Source: Eledone cirrhosa (taxonomy: Eukaryota). From it: a stretch of 64,000 nt of DNA. Below the pieces are notes generated by a model that saw only the letters and a list, made by a program, of their open reading frames with translations, searched no databases and was not told the origin of the DNA. The stretch lies in contig OZ024765.1 in the NCBI GenBank assembly GCA_964016885.1, positions 23,684,001 through 23,748,000 on the forward strand. Direction: 5' to 3'. This document shows positions 25,465 to 37,103 of this stretch, one piece after another. Every line of letters begins with the position of its first letter. Positions within the stretch are counted from its first letter, which is position 1. A program made the translations under genes and the position numbers.

Positions 25465-26147
25465 CCCTTTAGAATTTACATTACTCTATATATACTATTA
25501 TATTTCCATGGTAAAGTCTTTACCTCACATAATATTTACATTACTCTATATATACTATTATATTTCCCTGGTAATGTCTTTATCTCACATAACATTTACA
25601 TTACTCTATATATACTATTATATTTCCATGGTAAAGTCTTTATCTCACATAACATTTACATTCCTCTATATATACTATTGTATTTCCATGGTAAAGTCTT
25701 TACCTCACATAACATTTACATTACTCTATATATACTATTGTATTTCCATGGTAAAGTCTTTACCTCACATAACATTTACATTACTCTATATATACTATTA
25801 TATTTCCATGGTAAAGTCTTTACCTCACATAACATTTACATTACTCTATATATACTATTATATTTCCATGGTAAAGTCTTTATCTCACATAACATTTACA
25901 TTACTCTATATATACTATTATATGGTAATGTCTTTACCTCACATAACATTTACATTACTCTATATATACTATTATATTTCCATGGTAATGTCTTTACCTC
26001 ACATAATATCGAATGTATGAGGTTTTGATATTATTTATATTGAGAACAAAACTTTAACATCAGTAAGAGTGGCCAGTTACAGCCAGTTTAAAAGAGAAAA
26101 ATGGGACAGAATTCTGGTCAGTTACAGCTAGTTTAAATGTTAAAGGG
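25465..26147. mobile_element. piggyBac-like MITE with TTAA target duplication
   Basis: TTAA|ccctttagaattta ... taaatgttaaaggg|TTAA. Confidence 0.8.
25474..26008. repeat. 60-bp minisatellite, ~9 copies, inside the MITE
   Basis: Unit atttacattactctatatatactattatatttccatggtaaagtctttacctcacataac; successive 60-nt lines are nearly identical. Confidence 0.97.
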
Positions 26148-26247
26148 TTAAGCAACTTTCAGTGGATAATGTTCCAATTTCCTCTCTTTGGGATTAAATT
26201 TTGATTTTGATTAAAATTATTTCTAAGTTGTTTTCAGACATTTTAAA

Positions 26248-26395
26248 AAATTGATGGAAGATGTGAAGTAGGAAGACCTGGGATGAGGTGATAATAGCTG
26301 ACCTGACACAATTGATGAAGCTAGGAAGACCTAGTTTGAGGTGATAAAAGCTGACTTCACACAATTGCACTTCTCAAAGATAATGACACAGGATA
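26248..26395 (+). mobile_element. RTE LINE 3' fragment holding two copies of the 61-bp satellite monomer (satellite seed)
   Basis: aattgatggaagatgtgaagtaggaagacctgggatgaggtgataatagctgacctgacac, a second partial copy, then the LINE continuation caattgcacttctcaaagataatgacacaggat (compare 7098-7130). Confidence 0.88.
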
Positions 26396-26635
26396 TATAC
26401 ACACATTACTATATATACACCTAACATATCGAAGACCCCCCGTCAGTCACTAAGGACCATGTGATTTGCAACTAGACAGTTCCCCTCCAAGGCACAAGTC
26501 TGGTTGTTTGAGGAAGACCAGCAGTGACCCAAATATAACAGTCTACCCTCTCCACGCCACCCATGTTGTCCAAGGGAAAGGTAATGGCTGATACAGCTTG
26601 GTACCAGTGACATCACTACATATATATACACTATA

Positions 26636-26966
26636 CCAGGTGTGTCAGAAAAGTTCCAGGACTGATGTCACAAAAGATTTATTTCAAACCCAAACTTCAC
26701 ACTAAGATGAGTCATGGATCTTCGAGTATGACCCGGAGGTGACCCGTTTTGAAGACATGGACGTCATCAAAAAGGCCGTGACGACGGAACTGCGGAGGGT
26801 CCCGGAAGAATCCTTCCAGGAGTGCATGCAAGCTTGGCAGAAAAGTATGGATAAGTGCATTAGATTCCAGGGGGATTACTTTCAAGGAGAAAACTCTTAG
26901 TGTGAAGTTTGGGTTTGAAATAAAACTTTTGTGACATCAGTCCTGGAACTTTTCTGACCCACCTCA
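26636..26966 (+). mobile_element. Internally deleted mariner element (MITE-like) with ~70-bp TIRs and TA flanks
   Basis: aggtgtgtcagaaaagttccaggactgatgtcacaaaag..tttatttcaaacccaaacttcacactaaga is inverted at 26896-26966. The interior encodes DESWIFEYDPE and RFEDMDVIKKAVTTEL..FQECMQAWQKSMDKCIRFQGDYFQG*. Confidence 0.9.
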
Positions 26967-27099
26967 TATATATATTATATATACACTGTCTACATTATAT
27001 AGGTTAACTTTGCCTTTCATCCTTACGGGGTCGATAAAATAAAGTACCAGTAATATACTGGGTAATTTCTGGCCTTGTGCCAATAGTACAAACAATTAT

Positions 27100-27905
27100 G
27101 TAGACATGCTAGAGTGAAAGGAAATTAACATATGCTGTGTGCAAGAGACTAGGTGGAGAGGAGTGTCCGCTAGAGGGCTTGTAGGCAAAAGTCAGTGTTA
27201 TAAATTTTTCTGGGGGGTGTAGGTATACTATTAGCTGACAAATGAGTAGATAAGGTAATCTCAGTGAACAGGGTGAACGCAAGAATCATTAAACTCAGCC
27301 TAGTCCTGAATAAAACAATTGCTACAATCATATCAGCTTACACACCCCAATTAGGGTGCCAGATGAACTTATGAATAAGTATTATGAGTCCTTAATGCAC
27401 ACTACTGCCATAACAAACAACAATGACTTCATAAACATTGCAGGGGACTTTAACCGTGACAGCTTCTATAAAGTCCATGGAGGTTACGGGTTTGGCACAA
27501 GAAATGAAGAAGGCTCTAGGCTTCTAGAATTCTGTGACGCCAATGACATGTCGATATGTATCACAAACTTCCCAAAACCCGACAACCATCTGATCACCTA
27601 TGGATCAGGGGAGCATTCTAGTCAGATAGATTTTATCCTTATCAGAGGACAAGATAGATGTACAGTTGTAAACACAAAAGCCTTCCTTGTGAGGAATGTA
27701 CCCCCCAACATAGCTTAGTTGTCAGTGACCTCATTGTCAGAACTAGAAGAACTTGGAAACAGAAGGCGGAAGCAGAAAGATCCCTCAGCCAGTTACTCGA
27801 TGCCTATGACAGTAAAGAAAAACAGATAGAGACATTCAATGTAGAAGAGCACTGGGAGTTTCTAAAAAATAACTTAATAAAGGTGACGGACAACACTTAT
27901 GGTTG
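27100..27905 (+). mobile_element. Decayed RTE LINE endonuclease-region fragment
   Basis: CCVQETRWRG..IISAYTPQ..IAGDFN..HGGYGFGTRNEEGSRLLEFC..SQIDFIL..EECTPQHSLVVSD. Confidence 0.88.
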
Positions 27906-28029
27906 TAAGCAATGGCCGATACAGCTTGGCACCAGTGACATGACAACATACATATACACTATGTACAGTATATATACACTAAATATATATTATATATACA
28001 TTGTGTACTGTATATATATGTCCAACAGA

Positions 28030-28207
28030 AAGGCTATGGCCGATACAGCTTGGCACTAGTGACATCACAACTCATTTCTACAACTGAGTAAACTGGAGCA
28101 ACGTCAAATAGAGTGTCTTGCACAAGGACACAACACATCACACCGTCCGAGAATCGAACTCACCACCTTTTAATTGTAAGCCCAATCCTCTAACCACTGA
28201 GCCATGA
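28030..28207 (-). mobile_element. tRNA-derived SINE head; probable remainder at ~26420-26617
   Basis: Minus strand tggctcagtggttagagg (A-box-like) and gtgagttcgattctc (B-box-like). atggc.gatacagcttgg.ac.agtgacat is shared at 26584, 27912 and 28036. Confidence 0.7.
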
Positions 28208-28249
28208 TACATTCCAGAACCAACCGTGATATAGAGAGACCATAAAGAC

Positions 28250-28792
28250 AACCGTTGTTTCAATAGTTTCAGCCTTAAAATACCTCTCCTACATGCTTTA
28301 AGTACATATAAACTTATTAAAACACACTTTTGTATTTAAACACCAAAAACAGCCAGTAACGATCTTATAGAAACTACCACCAACCATCGTACCACTAGTT
28401 ACCAATGAGGACCATTGCCAGCCACGGTAGCCACTTGGTAATACACTGCACATCTCCCGTCAATCTATGAAGGGTTTCTAGTAGATTAGAGCAAAACACA
28501 ATCAGTAAAACAGTAATGGAATGAAAAATATAAACATTTGTTCATAATTAAAGCCTTAAGATGTCCCTTCCTTACGATATACACTTTAATAACATTGAAA
28601 CTTATTTAATAAGTTTAAAATTTAAACTCTTTTTATTCAGACGTACCGCGATAAGAAACTAGATATGTTTTAACGAATAATCTGCGATGTGGCGAGGATT
28701 ACCGCGATAGAAAATTAGATATGTTCCAAAGAAATATCCGCGATGTAACGGGACCGCGAAAAGTGAACCGCGATATAGCGGGGGATTACTGT
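28250..28792. mobile_element. Tigger/pogo-like DNA transposon terminal fragment
   Basis: Ends gaaccgcgatatagcgggggattactg|ta (reverse complement ta|cagtaatcccccgctatatcgcggtt) with reiterated ccgcgat subterminal motifs; left boundary uncertain. Confidence 0.6.
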
Positions 28793-31379
28793 ATATATAC
28801 ACACACAATATACATTTATCTATATACACTCATAACATTTATTTCGATGTTTGACATTAAAATGTTGACTGAGGGTGACAACTGTTTCTTGTTTGAGGTT
28901 GTTCCAGTGGTTGAAATATAGACGGAGGTAATTTAAATAATAAAGACAGTCATGATAACAATATATTTTATATCACATGTAACACTGGAAACTGGTTAAT
29001 TACTGGATCGTTGTAGGGGTCACATAATTATATTATTTACACACATTAATATAGACATTAAGTATATCTTTGTCAACTTACCTCCTTCACATATAATCAA
29101 TGTGTTGTGTTGTTAGTTTTTACTAAACAACCAAAGAAATAATCTCTGTTATCAAATAAGAAGTTTCAATGTTATCAGCTTTATTTCACGACATTAACGT
29201 TGGTGTATCTTCTTCATCTTTAGTCATAAATTGATATCTTGTCAGAATGAAGTAGTGAGGCTGACTTTATATCTTTAGCTACAGATTTGATAGGAAATAT
29301 ATATATATTAGGTTGATATGGGGTCTAAAATATATATACTGTCTATAAATGACTGATAGCAGATGTCCTGGTGAAATAGTAGTTTTACTACTACAGATTG
29401 TAATGGAACTCTTAGTAGACACAATTGTAAAGTAAGAATAGATATGACAGTGTAAGACTGATGTCGGGGAAAGAAAATTGTGTATATATATATATATATA
29501 TATATAATTGTTACACAAGATACAATTAGATTAATTAAAGTTATAATGAAGACAGCAAGTACTCGGTGTCGTTGGGAATGTATCATCTCTCTTACCGGTG
29601 TCATACGTTAAAAGTCCCTGAAATAAATTAATACCTTCAGACACAGTTCCAATCGTTTTCAATTAATTGTAAATCAGAAAGATTGTGAGTTCAATTCTCG
29701 GACCGTATGGGCAAAACAGGGTCAGCCGACCGGACACTGCCCACAACAGGACAACCCATCTAACCCATGCTAGCGTGGAAGAACTGACGTAAAACGGTGA
29801 TGATGATGATATATAAACGTGAATATTCATATATTATACATCATCACAGTTTAAGTTCCATTTTACAAGCTAGCATGGGTCGGACGAGTTGTCCTGTTGT
29901 GTGAAAACTTAGATCAAATGACCATGTCTGGCTCATGCAAGAAACATTTCTGGCTTGATTTCTACGGCTGGATGCCCTTCCTAACTCTAACCACATTTAC
30001 AGGGGGGGACTTGGCATTTATTGTTGTGTTGCTAACATAACCAACCTGCAGGGGGGACTGGGTGCTTTTTGTTGTCTCACCATCACGACCACCACCTAAC
30101 AGAGCAGACAGGGTGCTCTTTGTCATGTCACAATTTGACTACATTGAAGGGTGCTTCGGGTCCCTTCAATCTTTCCACTAGCATGACCACTTTACAGAGT
30201 GGGCTAGGGGCCTCCTGTCATGTCTAACTCACAGGGTGAACTGGGTGCTTAGTTGTCATGTCACCAGCATGACTACCTTGCAGGGAGGGTTAGGTGCTCT
30301 TTTGTCATATTACCTAACAGAGAGAACTCGGTACTCTTTTGTCATGACACCTGCATGACCACCTTACAGGGTTGCCTGAGGGTTTAGCCATTTCAGCAGC
30401 ATTGGAGGAGAGCATGTTAAGCTTTCCTTACTTGTATACATGGGTTGGTCAAGAAAGGTGTATCAGATGTGAAAGTGGGGGTGGGGCTGTGTGTATGTAG
30501 AGTGGGGATTATAGAGGTAGGTCAGGGTGGTGTACTTAGTAGGTAAAGGGGTGGAGTGTTAAGATGTGGGGAGGAGGAAAATTGGAGCATACTTCAAACC
30601 ACTAAATGTTGTGTCAACCTGTGTACATGGGAATGCAGGTCTCCTGCAGTACTGTATAACGCCTGAGATTTCAATCCTGTGTCATCACCTTTGAGAGGTA
30701 CAATGGTGTCGGGTCAGTTTTTACCTCCACATCCCAAGCTTTCCTAGGTCTTCCTCTTCCATCAATTTCAAGCAGTCAACCTTTTATACAGCATCTCTAC
30801 CTTCATACACATCACATGTCCATACCACAGCAATCTACTCTCCTGCATACTGTATCTTATCCCTCTCATGCCCAGGTTCTCTATCTGTTTATTTACACTT
30901 GTTCTTCATGTATATAATATTACACATCCATTGGAGAAATCAAGCTTCATTTCTATCCAATCTTCGGAGGTCCTCTGCACACACCGCCCAGATCTCACTG
31001 CAATGGAGCATTGCTGTTCATATGCACACATCAATTTGATGAAACAACCTTTTGTAGCTAGCAGCAGTGTTAGCACCCTAAACCTTTGCCATCTTGTTCT
31101 TACTCTGGTTACTGTACTTTCAGAACACCTACCTCCATTGCTAATTTGGTTACCCAGGTAACAGAAACTGTCAACTGTTTCTATGGAACCCTTTTAATAT
31201 TTGATAGAGCTTGTCTCCTAAAAGCGATTGGTTCTTACTGCTAGAATGCAATGATCCCACGTAAAACCTACGTTCTTAGTTAACTCACCTTGTATCTCAC
31301 TAAATCTCTTGTGGACCCATAGTCTCTTTAGAGTAAATAATGTTTCATACACATAACATGTGTATGAAACATAAGTAAC

Positions 31380-32310
31380 TATGTCTTAAATACAACACTG
31401 CTTGTAGATTTCTAACACTCTTGCAGTAGCTTTACGTTCAGCATCTTGCGATCGTCTAATTGCAGCCTCCACTGACGATTCCTTTCCTTTTCCCTCTCTC
31501 AGCTTTCACCGTTTTTCGACCAATGGTGGATCTCTTCCTTGGAGGCCTTATCTAAGGAAAGAGGACGTAAGACACTAAGATGAGTAAAATATTAACCAAC
31601 AATTATTTAAGTTTTGCACATGTGACGTGATTGTCACAGTGATCCAGAGACAGCCTTCATCCACCTAGGGGCCACATTAGACAAAATATGGAAAATGTTA
31701 AGAGTCTACAACACTTCTGGGAACATAACCCATGTTTGTTCCAAATTTGAAGAGAATCAGTTGCAAACTGTTGAAGTAATGTAGGTACAGACATACACAC
31801 ATCCTCAGTTTTATATGTATATATATATGGATGGATGTATGTTTGTGTGTGTGTATGTGGACTTTGTAACTTGCCCAGACAAACAACACAACACACACAG
31901 TCACAGTACGTCTTGTGTGAAAGAGAGAGAGGGAATGGAGAACAATCAAGAACACACATTGTCGTCTGCTTTGGTTGAAATTTCTATATGTATATTTCTA
32001 GTAAGTTGTTGCCTCGTTTTGGAGGACTGAGTTGTGGGAGGAGGAAGGGTTGTAGTGGGAGAGAGGGTTTAACATACAGTAGTAGCATCTCCTCTTCCCC
32101 CTCTCTCACTGAAACGTCTTCTCTTTCCTCCTCCATTGTAAAGATGTCCACAGGGATTCCATTTATTGAAATCTAATTAGCCAGTCCTGTTTCTGAATAT
32201 TAGCTTAACATGTGTGTAAAGTTTCATCAGGATCTGATCACTGGTGTAGGCACCAACTGGTTATACACAGATACACAGACAGACAGAAATTGACATTTAT
32301 ATAGTAGATT
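31380..32310 (-). mobile_element. Helitron-like 5' terminal fragments
   Basis: Minus strand a|tctactatataaatgtcaatttctgtctgtctgtg at 32308, and atacatataaaactgaggatgtgtatgtctg..ttcaaatttgg at ~31820. PPRKRSTIGRKT-like peptide at ~31545. Confidence 0.5.
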
Positions 32311-32337
32311 ATACACACAGAAGTGGTTGATAGCTTT

Positions 32338-32950
32338 TACAATCTAGTTGACTTAATTAGCAGTGGAGGAGGCTGCTCTGAAAGATGAATAGCTAGAATA
32401 AGGATAGGATGGAAAAAGTTTAGAGAGCTACTGCAACAGTTGACCACAAAAGGTTTCTCTCTCTGTACAAAAGGATGACTGTATGACACATGTGGGTGAT
32501 GTACAATGATGCATGGTAACGAAACAAGGGCTGTGACTGCAGAGGTTATGTAGACTGAAGAGAAATGCAACAACCATGTTTTGTAGGATATGTTATGTAA
32601 GTGTGAGAAAGGGAGAGCATGGAAAAGTTAAAGAAGAGCTGGGTTTAAGAGTGACCTGAAGTGGTGTGTAAGAGAGAAGACTGTGTTTGTATGGACATGG
32701 GATGCACATGGATAATGACCACTGGGTGAAGGAGTGCCAGGAAATCCCAGTAGAAGGAAGCCATAGTAGAGGTAGACCAAGAAAGACCTGGACAGAGGCT
32801 GTGTGAACTGACTTCAAATAACTGACTCTCACAGAGAAGATGACAAAGGAACACGACAAGTTGAAAGATGCCATGTTGAGAAGGACCTGTCCAACCAAGC
32901 AAGCATGGAAAAACGGACATAAAAACAGTGATGATGTTGATGAAGATGAC
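32338..32950 (+). mobile_element. RTE LINE 3' fragment with (GAT)n tail
   Basis: Aligns by eye to 10120-10730, including the tail. Confidence 0.88.
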
Positions 32951-33595
32951 GTACATATACACACATACATACACAAATAAATCAAACACAGATATGCACA
33001 TACTTATATACAAACATATACATGGACACACATTTCTACACACATACATTCACATATATATAACGTATGTAAATTCTGAACGATACAGTTTTGTCAGCAC
33101 AACTCTTGGTTACAACTTCTACAAATAAAATGAAAGGAGAAGAATTTATTAGTAAAACAGTTTTATTCAAAATATTAACAAAATTGATGGCACTATTTTG
33201 GGTGAGTGACATCGTTTTTATCTTGTCTGATTGTGTTGCATTAAGTAATCTTTACAAAAGAAGGATTTATCACAGACATCATAGTGATATAGTTCCTCTC
33301 CTGTATATGTTAGTGTCTAATTAAACCACAACATTTAGAGAATGATTTATCACAGACATCACAGTGATGTAGTTCCTCTCCTGTAGATGTTAGTGTCTAG
33401 TGAAGCCACAACATTTAGAGAATGATGTACGAAATATATCAAAGTGATATGGCTTCCCAGCTGTATGTATATGTTTGTGTGTAGTTAATGTAACATTCAA
33501 AGAGAATGATATCTCTCAGATGTCACAAAGATATGTATTTGTATTCTCATTAATTCACAAATTTGAGAGAATGATATATCACTGATGTCAATGCG

Positions 33596-35038
33596 TTATG
33601 ATTTCTCTTCTGCGTGTATAAATTTGTGAATAGTCAGGCTACTTTTCCCAGAGAATGATATACCACAGATATCACAGTGATATGGCTTATCTCCTGTATG
33701 TGTACGTATATGTCTAGTTAAGTGACTAATTTGATAGAATGATTTATCACAGATATCACAGTGATATGGCTTGTCTCCTGTATGTATACGTTTGTGGCTA
33801 GTTAAGGTACAACTTTCAGAGAATGATTTACCACAGATATCACAGTGATATGGCTTCTCTCCTGTATGTGTACGTTTATGTGTAGTTAGGTTACTACTTA
33901 CAGAGAATGATTTACCACAGATATCACAGTGGTATGGCTTGTCTCCTGTATGTATACGTTTATGTGTAGTTAAGTGACTACTTCTAGAGAATGATATACC
34001 ACAAATATCACAGTGATATGGCTTGTCTCCTGTATGTATACGTTTGTGGCTAGTTAAGGTACTACTTTCAGAGAATGACTTACCACAGATCTCACAGTGA
34101 TATGGCTTGTGCCCTGTATGTATACGTTTATGCTTAGTTAAGCTACCACTTTGAGAGAATGCCATACCACAGATATCACAGTGATATGGCTTGTCCCCTG
34201 TATGTATACGTTTATGCTTAATTAAGCTACCACTTTGAGAGAATGCCATACCACAGATATCACAGTGGTATGGCTTGTCTCTTGTATGTATACCTTTGTG
34301 GCTAGTTAAGGTACTACTTTCAGAGAATGATATACGACAGATATCACAGTGATACGGCTTGTCTCCTGTATGGGTACGTTTGTGGCTTGTTAAGTTACCA
34401 CTTTGAGAGAATGATATACCACAGATATCACAGTGATATGGCCTCTCTCCTGTATGGGTTCGTTTGTGAGTAGTTAACTGACAACTAACAGAGAATGATA
34501 TACCACAGATATCACAGTGATATGGCCTCTCTCCTGTATGGGTACGTTTGTGAGTAGTTAAATGACAACTAATAGAGAATGATTTACCACAGATATCGCA
34601 GTAATATGGTTTCTCTCCTGTATGGGTTCGTTTGTGAGAAGTTAAGGTACTACTTTGAGAGAATGATTTACCACAGATATCACAGTGAAATGGTTTCTCA
34701 CCTGTATGGGTTCGTTTGTGAGAAGTTAAGGTACTATTATCAGAGAATGATTTACTACAGATATCACAGTGATGTGGCTTATCTCCTGCATGTATACGCA
34801 TGTGAGTAGTTAAGGTACTACGATTATGGAATGATTTACCACAGATATCACAGTGATATGGCTTCTCTCCTGTATGTATATGCTTGTGAGTAGTTAAGGT
34901 ATTATGTTTATTGAATGATTTACCACAGACATCACAGTGATATGGCTTTTCTTCTCTAACCTTCGTCATTTCACCAGGAATACTAAACACTTTAGATTGT
35001 GTTTCCCATTTAATCTCCTTTGTCAATTTATTTTCCAT
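33596..35038 (-). CDS. Tandem C2H2 zinc-finger protein, 16 fingers, ~480 aa, single coding exon
   Basis: 16 intact CxxC-x12-HxxxH units with TG(E/D)(K/R)P linkers. First in-frame ATG is at 35038 (MENKL), matching the paralog's ATG. An acceptor-like tttctttcttatttcag lies at ~35390-35406 on the minus strand. Confidence 0.9.
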   Translation of the reverse strand: MENKLTKEIKWETQSKVFSIPGEMTKVREEKPYHCDVCGKSFNKHNTLTTHKHIHTGEKPYHCDICGKSFHNRSTLTTHMRIHAGDKPHHCDICSKSFSDNSTLTSHKRTHTGEKPFHCDICGKSFSQSSTLTSHKRTHTGEKPYYCDICGKSFSISCHLTTHKRTHTGERPYHCDICGISFSVSCQLTTHKRTHTGERPYHCDICGISFSQSGNLTSHKRTHTGDKPYHCDICRISFSESSTLTSHKGIHTRDKPYHCDICGMAFSQSGSLIKHKRIHTGDKPYHCDICGMAFSQSGSLTKHKRIHTGHKPYHCEICGKSFSESSTLTSHKRIHTGDKPYHCDICGISFSRSSHLTTHKRIHTGDKPYHCDICGKSFSVSSNLTTHKRTHTGEKPYHCDICGKSFSESCTLTSHKRIHTGDKPYHCDICDKSFYQISHLTRHIRTHTGDKPYHCDICGISFSGKSSLTIHKFIHAEEKS

Positions 35039-36873
35039 AATGATTTCTTCTTCAACAGAATATACAAATGTTTTACTTGTAATATTTCTTATATTATATT
35101 TCTCATAAAATATTTCTTCTTCTATATTTCCCTCAAATGTGATTTCAGTTAATATCTGAAGATAATACAAACTTCTTTTTCATCCAAGTTTAGTTAAAAC
35201 ACAAAACCATCTCATTGTGATGAAAATAACTTAGTTCTGAAGAAATATTTCATAGTATTTCGACTACAAATTTATATAAACAGTGTTATATAAGTTTTGT
35301 TAAAAAAGTTTTAGTCTTCAAATGATGATAAATAGAGGTGTTGTATCCGAGATTGAAAATAATAATTTATCCCAATGTCATCTGGTATTCTGAAATAAGA
35401 AAGAAACAGTATGAGATAATAGAGAATACTTTAGAAGTACAGATAGACTTAACAATGGAAATTTTATATTTCTATATTGGTAAACTGTAGATATCAACTT
35501 TCCTGTCCAGAGCAATTCTCTCCAAAGTAAGCAATAGTATTCCAGCATGCTATATAAATTATATCCTTCTATCGCTTCAGAGGTCTGCTCTATGGCAGTG
35601 TAGTGAAAAATTCATTCTTATAGGACTTATAAGAAAGTAACAGTATGAGATAATAGAGAATACTTAAAATACAGAAACAGTGGAAATATTACATTCTTAC
35701 CATCGTCGAAGACGTTACTTTTTCCCTAATATAAGTCTCAAAAATCTACCATACGTACTGGAGCCGAAGGTTGTTTATTATTTTTTTTCAAAAATATTGA
35801 CGACTTCGGCACCAGTAAATACGGTACATTGGTAAACTGTAGAAATATACCTGTGATGTTTATTTATATAAACCAAGGCTATATATATGTCAAACTAGTA
35901 CAGGGTGTCATCTAGTACAGGGCCCCAAAACTGTGGTAACCTTGTGAGATGGGTTTGGCATGGCCGACTGGTTACCCTCCCCATAGTGGCATAGCCAACT
36001 GGCCAGCCCTTCTTGTAACTGTACCATCCAGTACCAGTCCCCATAACTATGGTAACCTCACGAAAAGGGTTTGGCCCATCTGGTTGGCCACCTCTCCCTC
36101 ATAATGGTGCCACCCAGTACCAGGGCCCAAAATTATACTTCCACTGTGAGATGGGTTCAGTGCAGCCAACTGGCCTGTCCCTCCTCATAACAGAGCCATC
36201 CAGTCCCACACTGTAAACATGGTTCATGTTAGGAAGGGAATCCAGCTGTAAAATACCCGACCAAATTTACAGACCTCGCCTGAGCAAGGTGTGACACATG
36301 GCCAACCCTGGCCAGACTTGCCTCCTGGCGTGGATGACCCGTCTAACCCATGCAAGAATGGAAAAATGGACGTTAAATGATGATGATATATACATACATA
36401 TATATCTCACCCACACTGGACATGTAAAAGACACAGCAAAAAGCACCCAGCCCACACTGCAAAGTGGGCATGTAGGTGTCTTTGGCACCCAGTCCACACT
36501 GTCAATGTGGTTAGCGTTAGGAAGGGCATCCAGCCGAAGAAAGCTAGCCAGAAACATCCCTATATGAGTGAGATATGGTCACCTGAACCAATTTGCCTCT
36601 AAATAGGACCCGTCTAACCCATGCTAGCGTGGAAGATGGACGTTAATTGATGATGATGGTGATGATATATAATAAAATGTAGTTTGCTTGAAGCATTATA
36701 TATAAAATATAATGTTGAAAGAGATAGAAGGCTAAACAATACAAAATGGACTGTAAGATGAGGTAACGAAAAGTAAAAGTTACCTGGTAATCTTTGTTTT
36801 TTTTTTTTTGTTGTTGTTGTTCTTTCATGTGTCCAATATTTTGGGACCTAAAAGTCCTTTCTTCAGGGTTTAA

Positions 36874-37068
36874 CCCTTTAGCATTTATATTACTCTATAT
36901 ATACTATTATATTTTCACAGTAAAGTCTTTACCTCACATAATATCGAATCTATGAGATTTTGATATTATTTATATTGAGAATACCTTAATATCAGTAAGA
37001 GTAGCCAGTTACCGCTGGTTTGAACAGAAAAAGGGGACAGAATTCTGGTCGGTTTAAATGTTAAAGAG
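36874..37068. mobile_element. piggyBac-like MITE, paralog of 25465-26147 without the minisatellite expansion
   Basis: TTAA|ccctttagcattta ... taaatgttaaagag|TTAA. Confidence 0.78.
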
Positions 37069-37103
37069 TTAATCAACTTTCAGTGGATTACGTTCCAATT
37101 TCC

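Noticed and set aside
25508-26028. 170-aa and 116-aa repetitive hydrophobic ORFs
   Set aside because: By-product of the 60-bp minisatellite inside a MITE; single-copy in the paralog.
28130-28207. tRNA gene
   Set aside because: A/B-box-like motifs are present but there is no convincing cloverleaf, and it runs into SINE body sequence.
29740-29905. Inverted repeat as a structured ncRNA
   Set aside because: Explained by two RTE-tailed retroposons lying tail-to-tail.
35039-35170. N-terminal 44 aa of the 524-aa ORF call
   Set aside because: Starts at TTG. The first ATG is 35038, and the paralog's ORF begins at the equivalent ATG.
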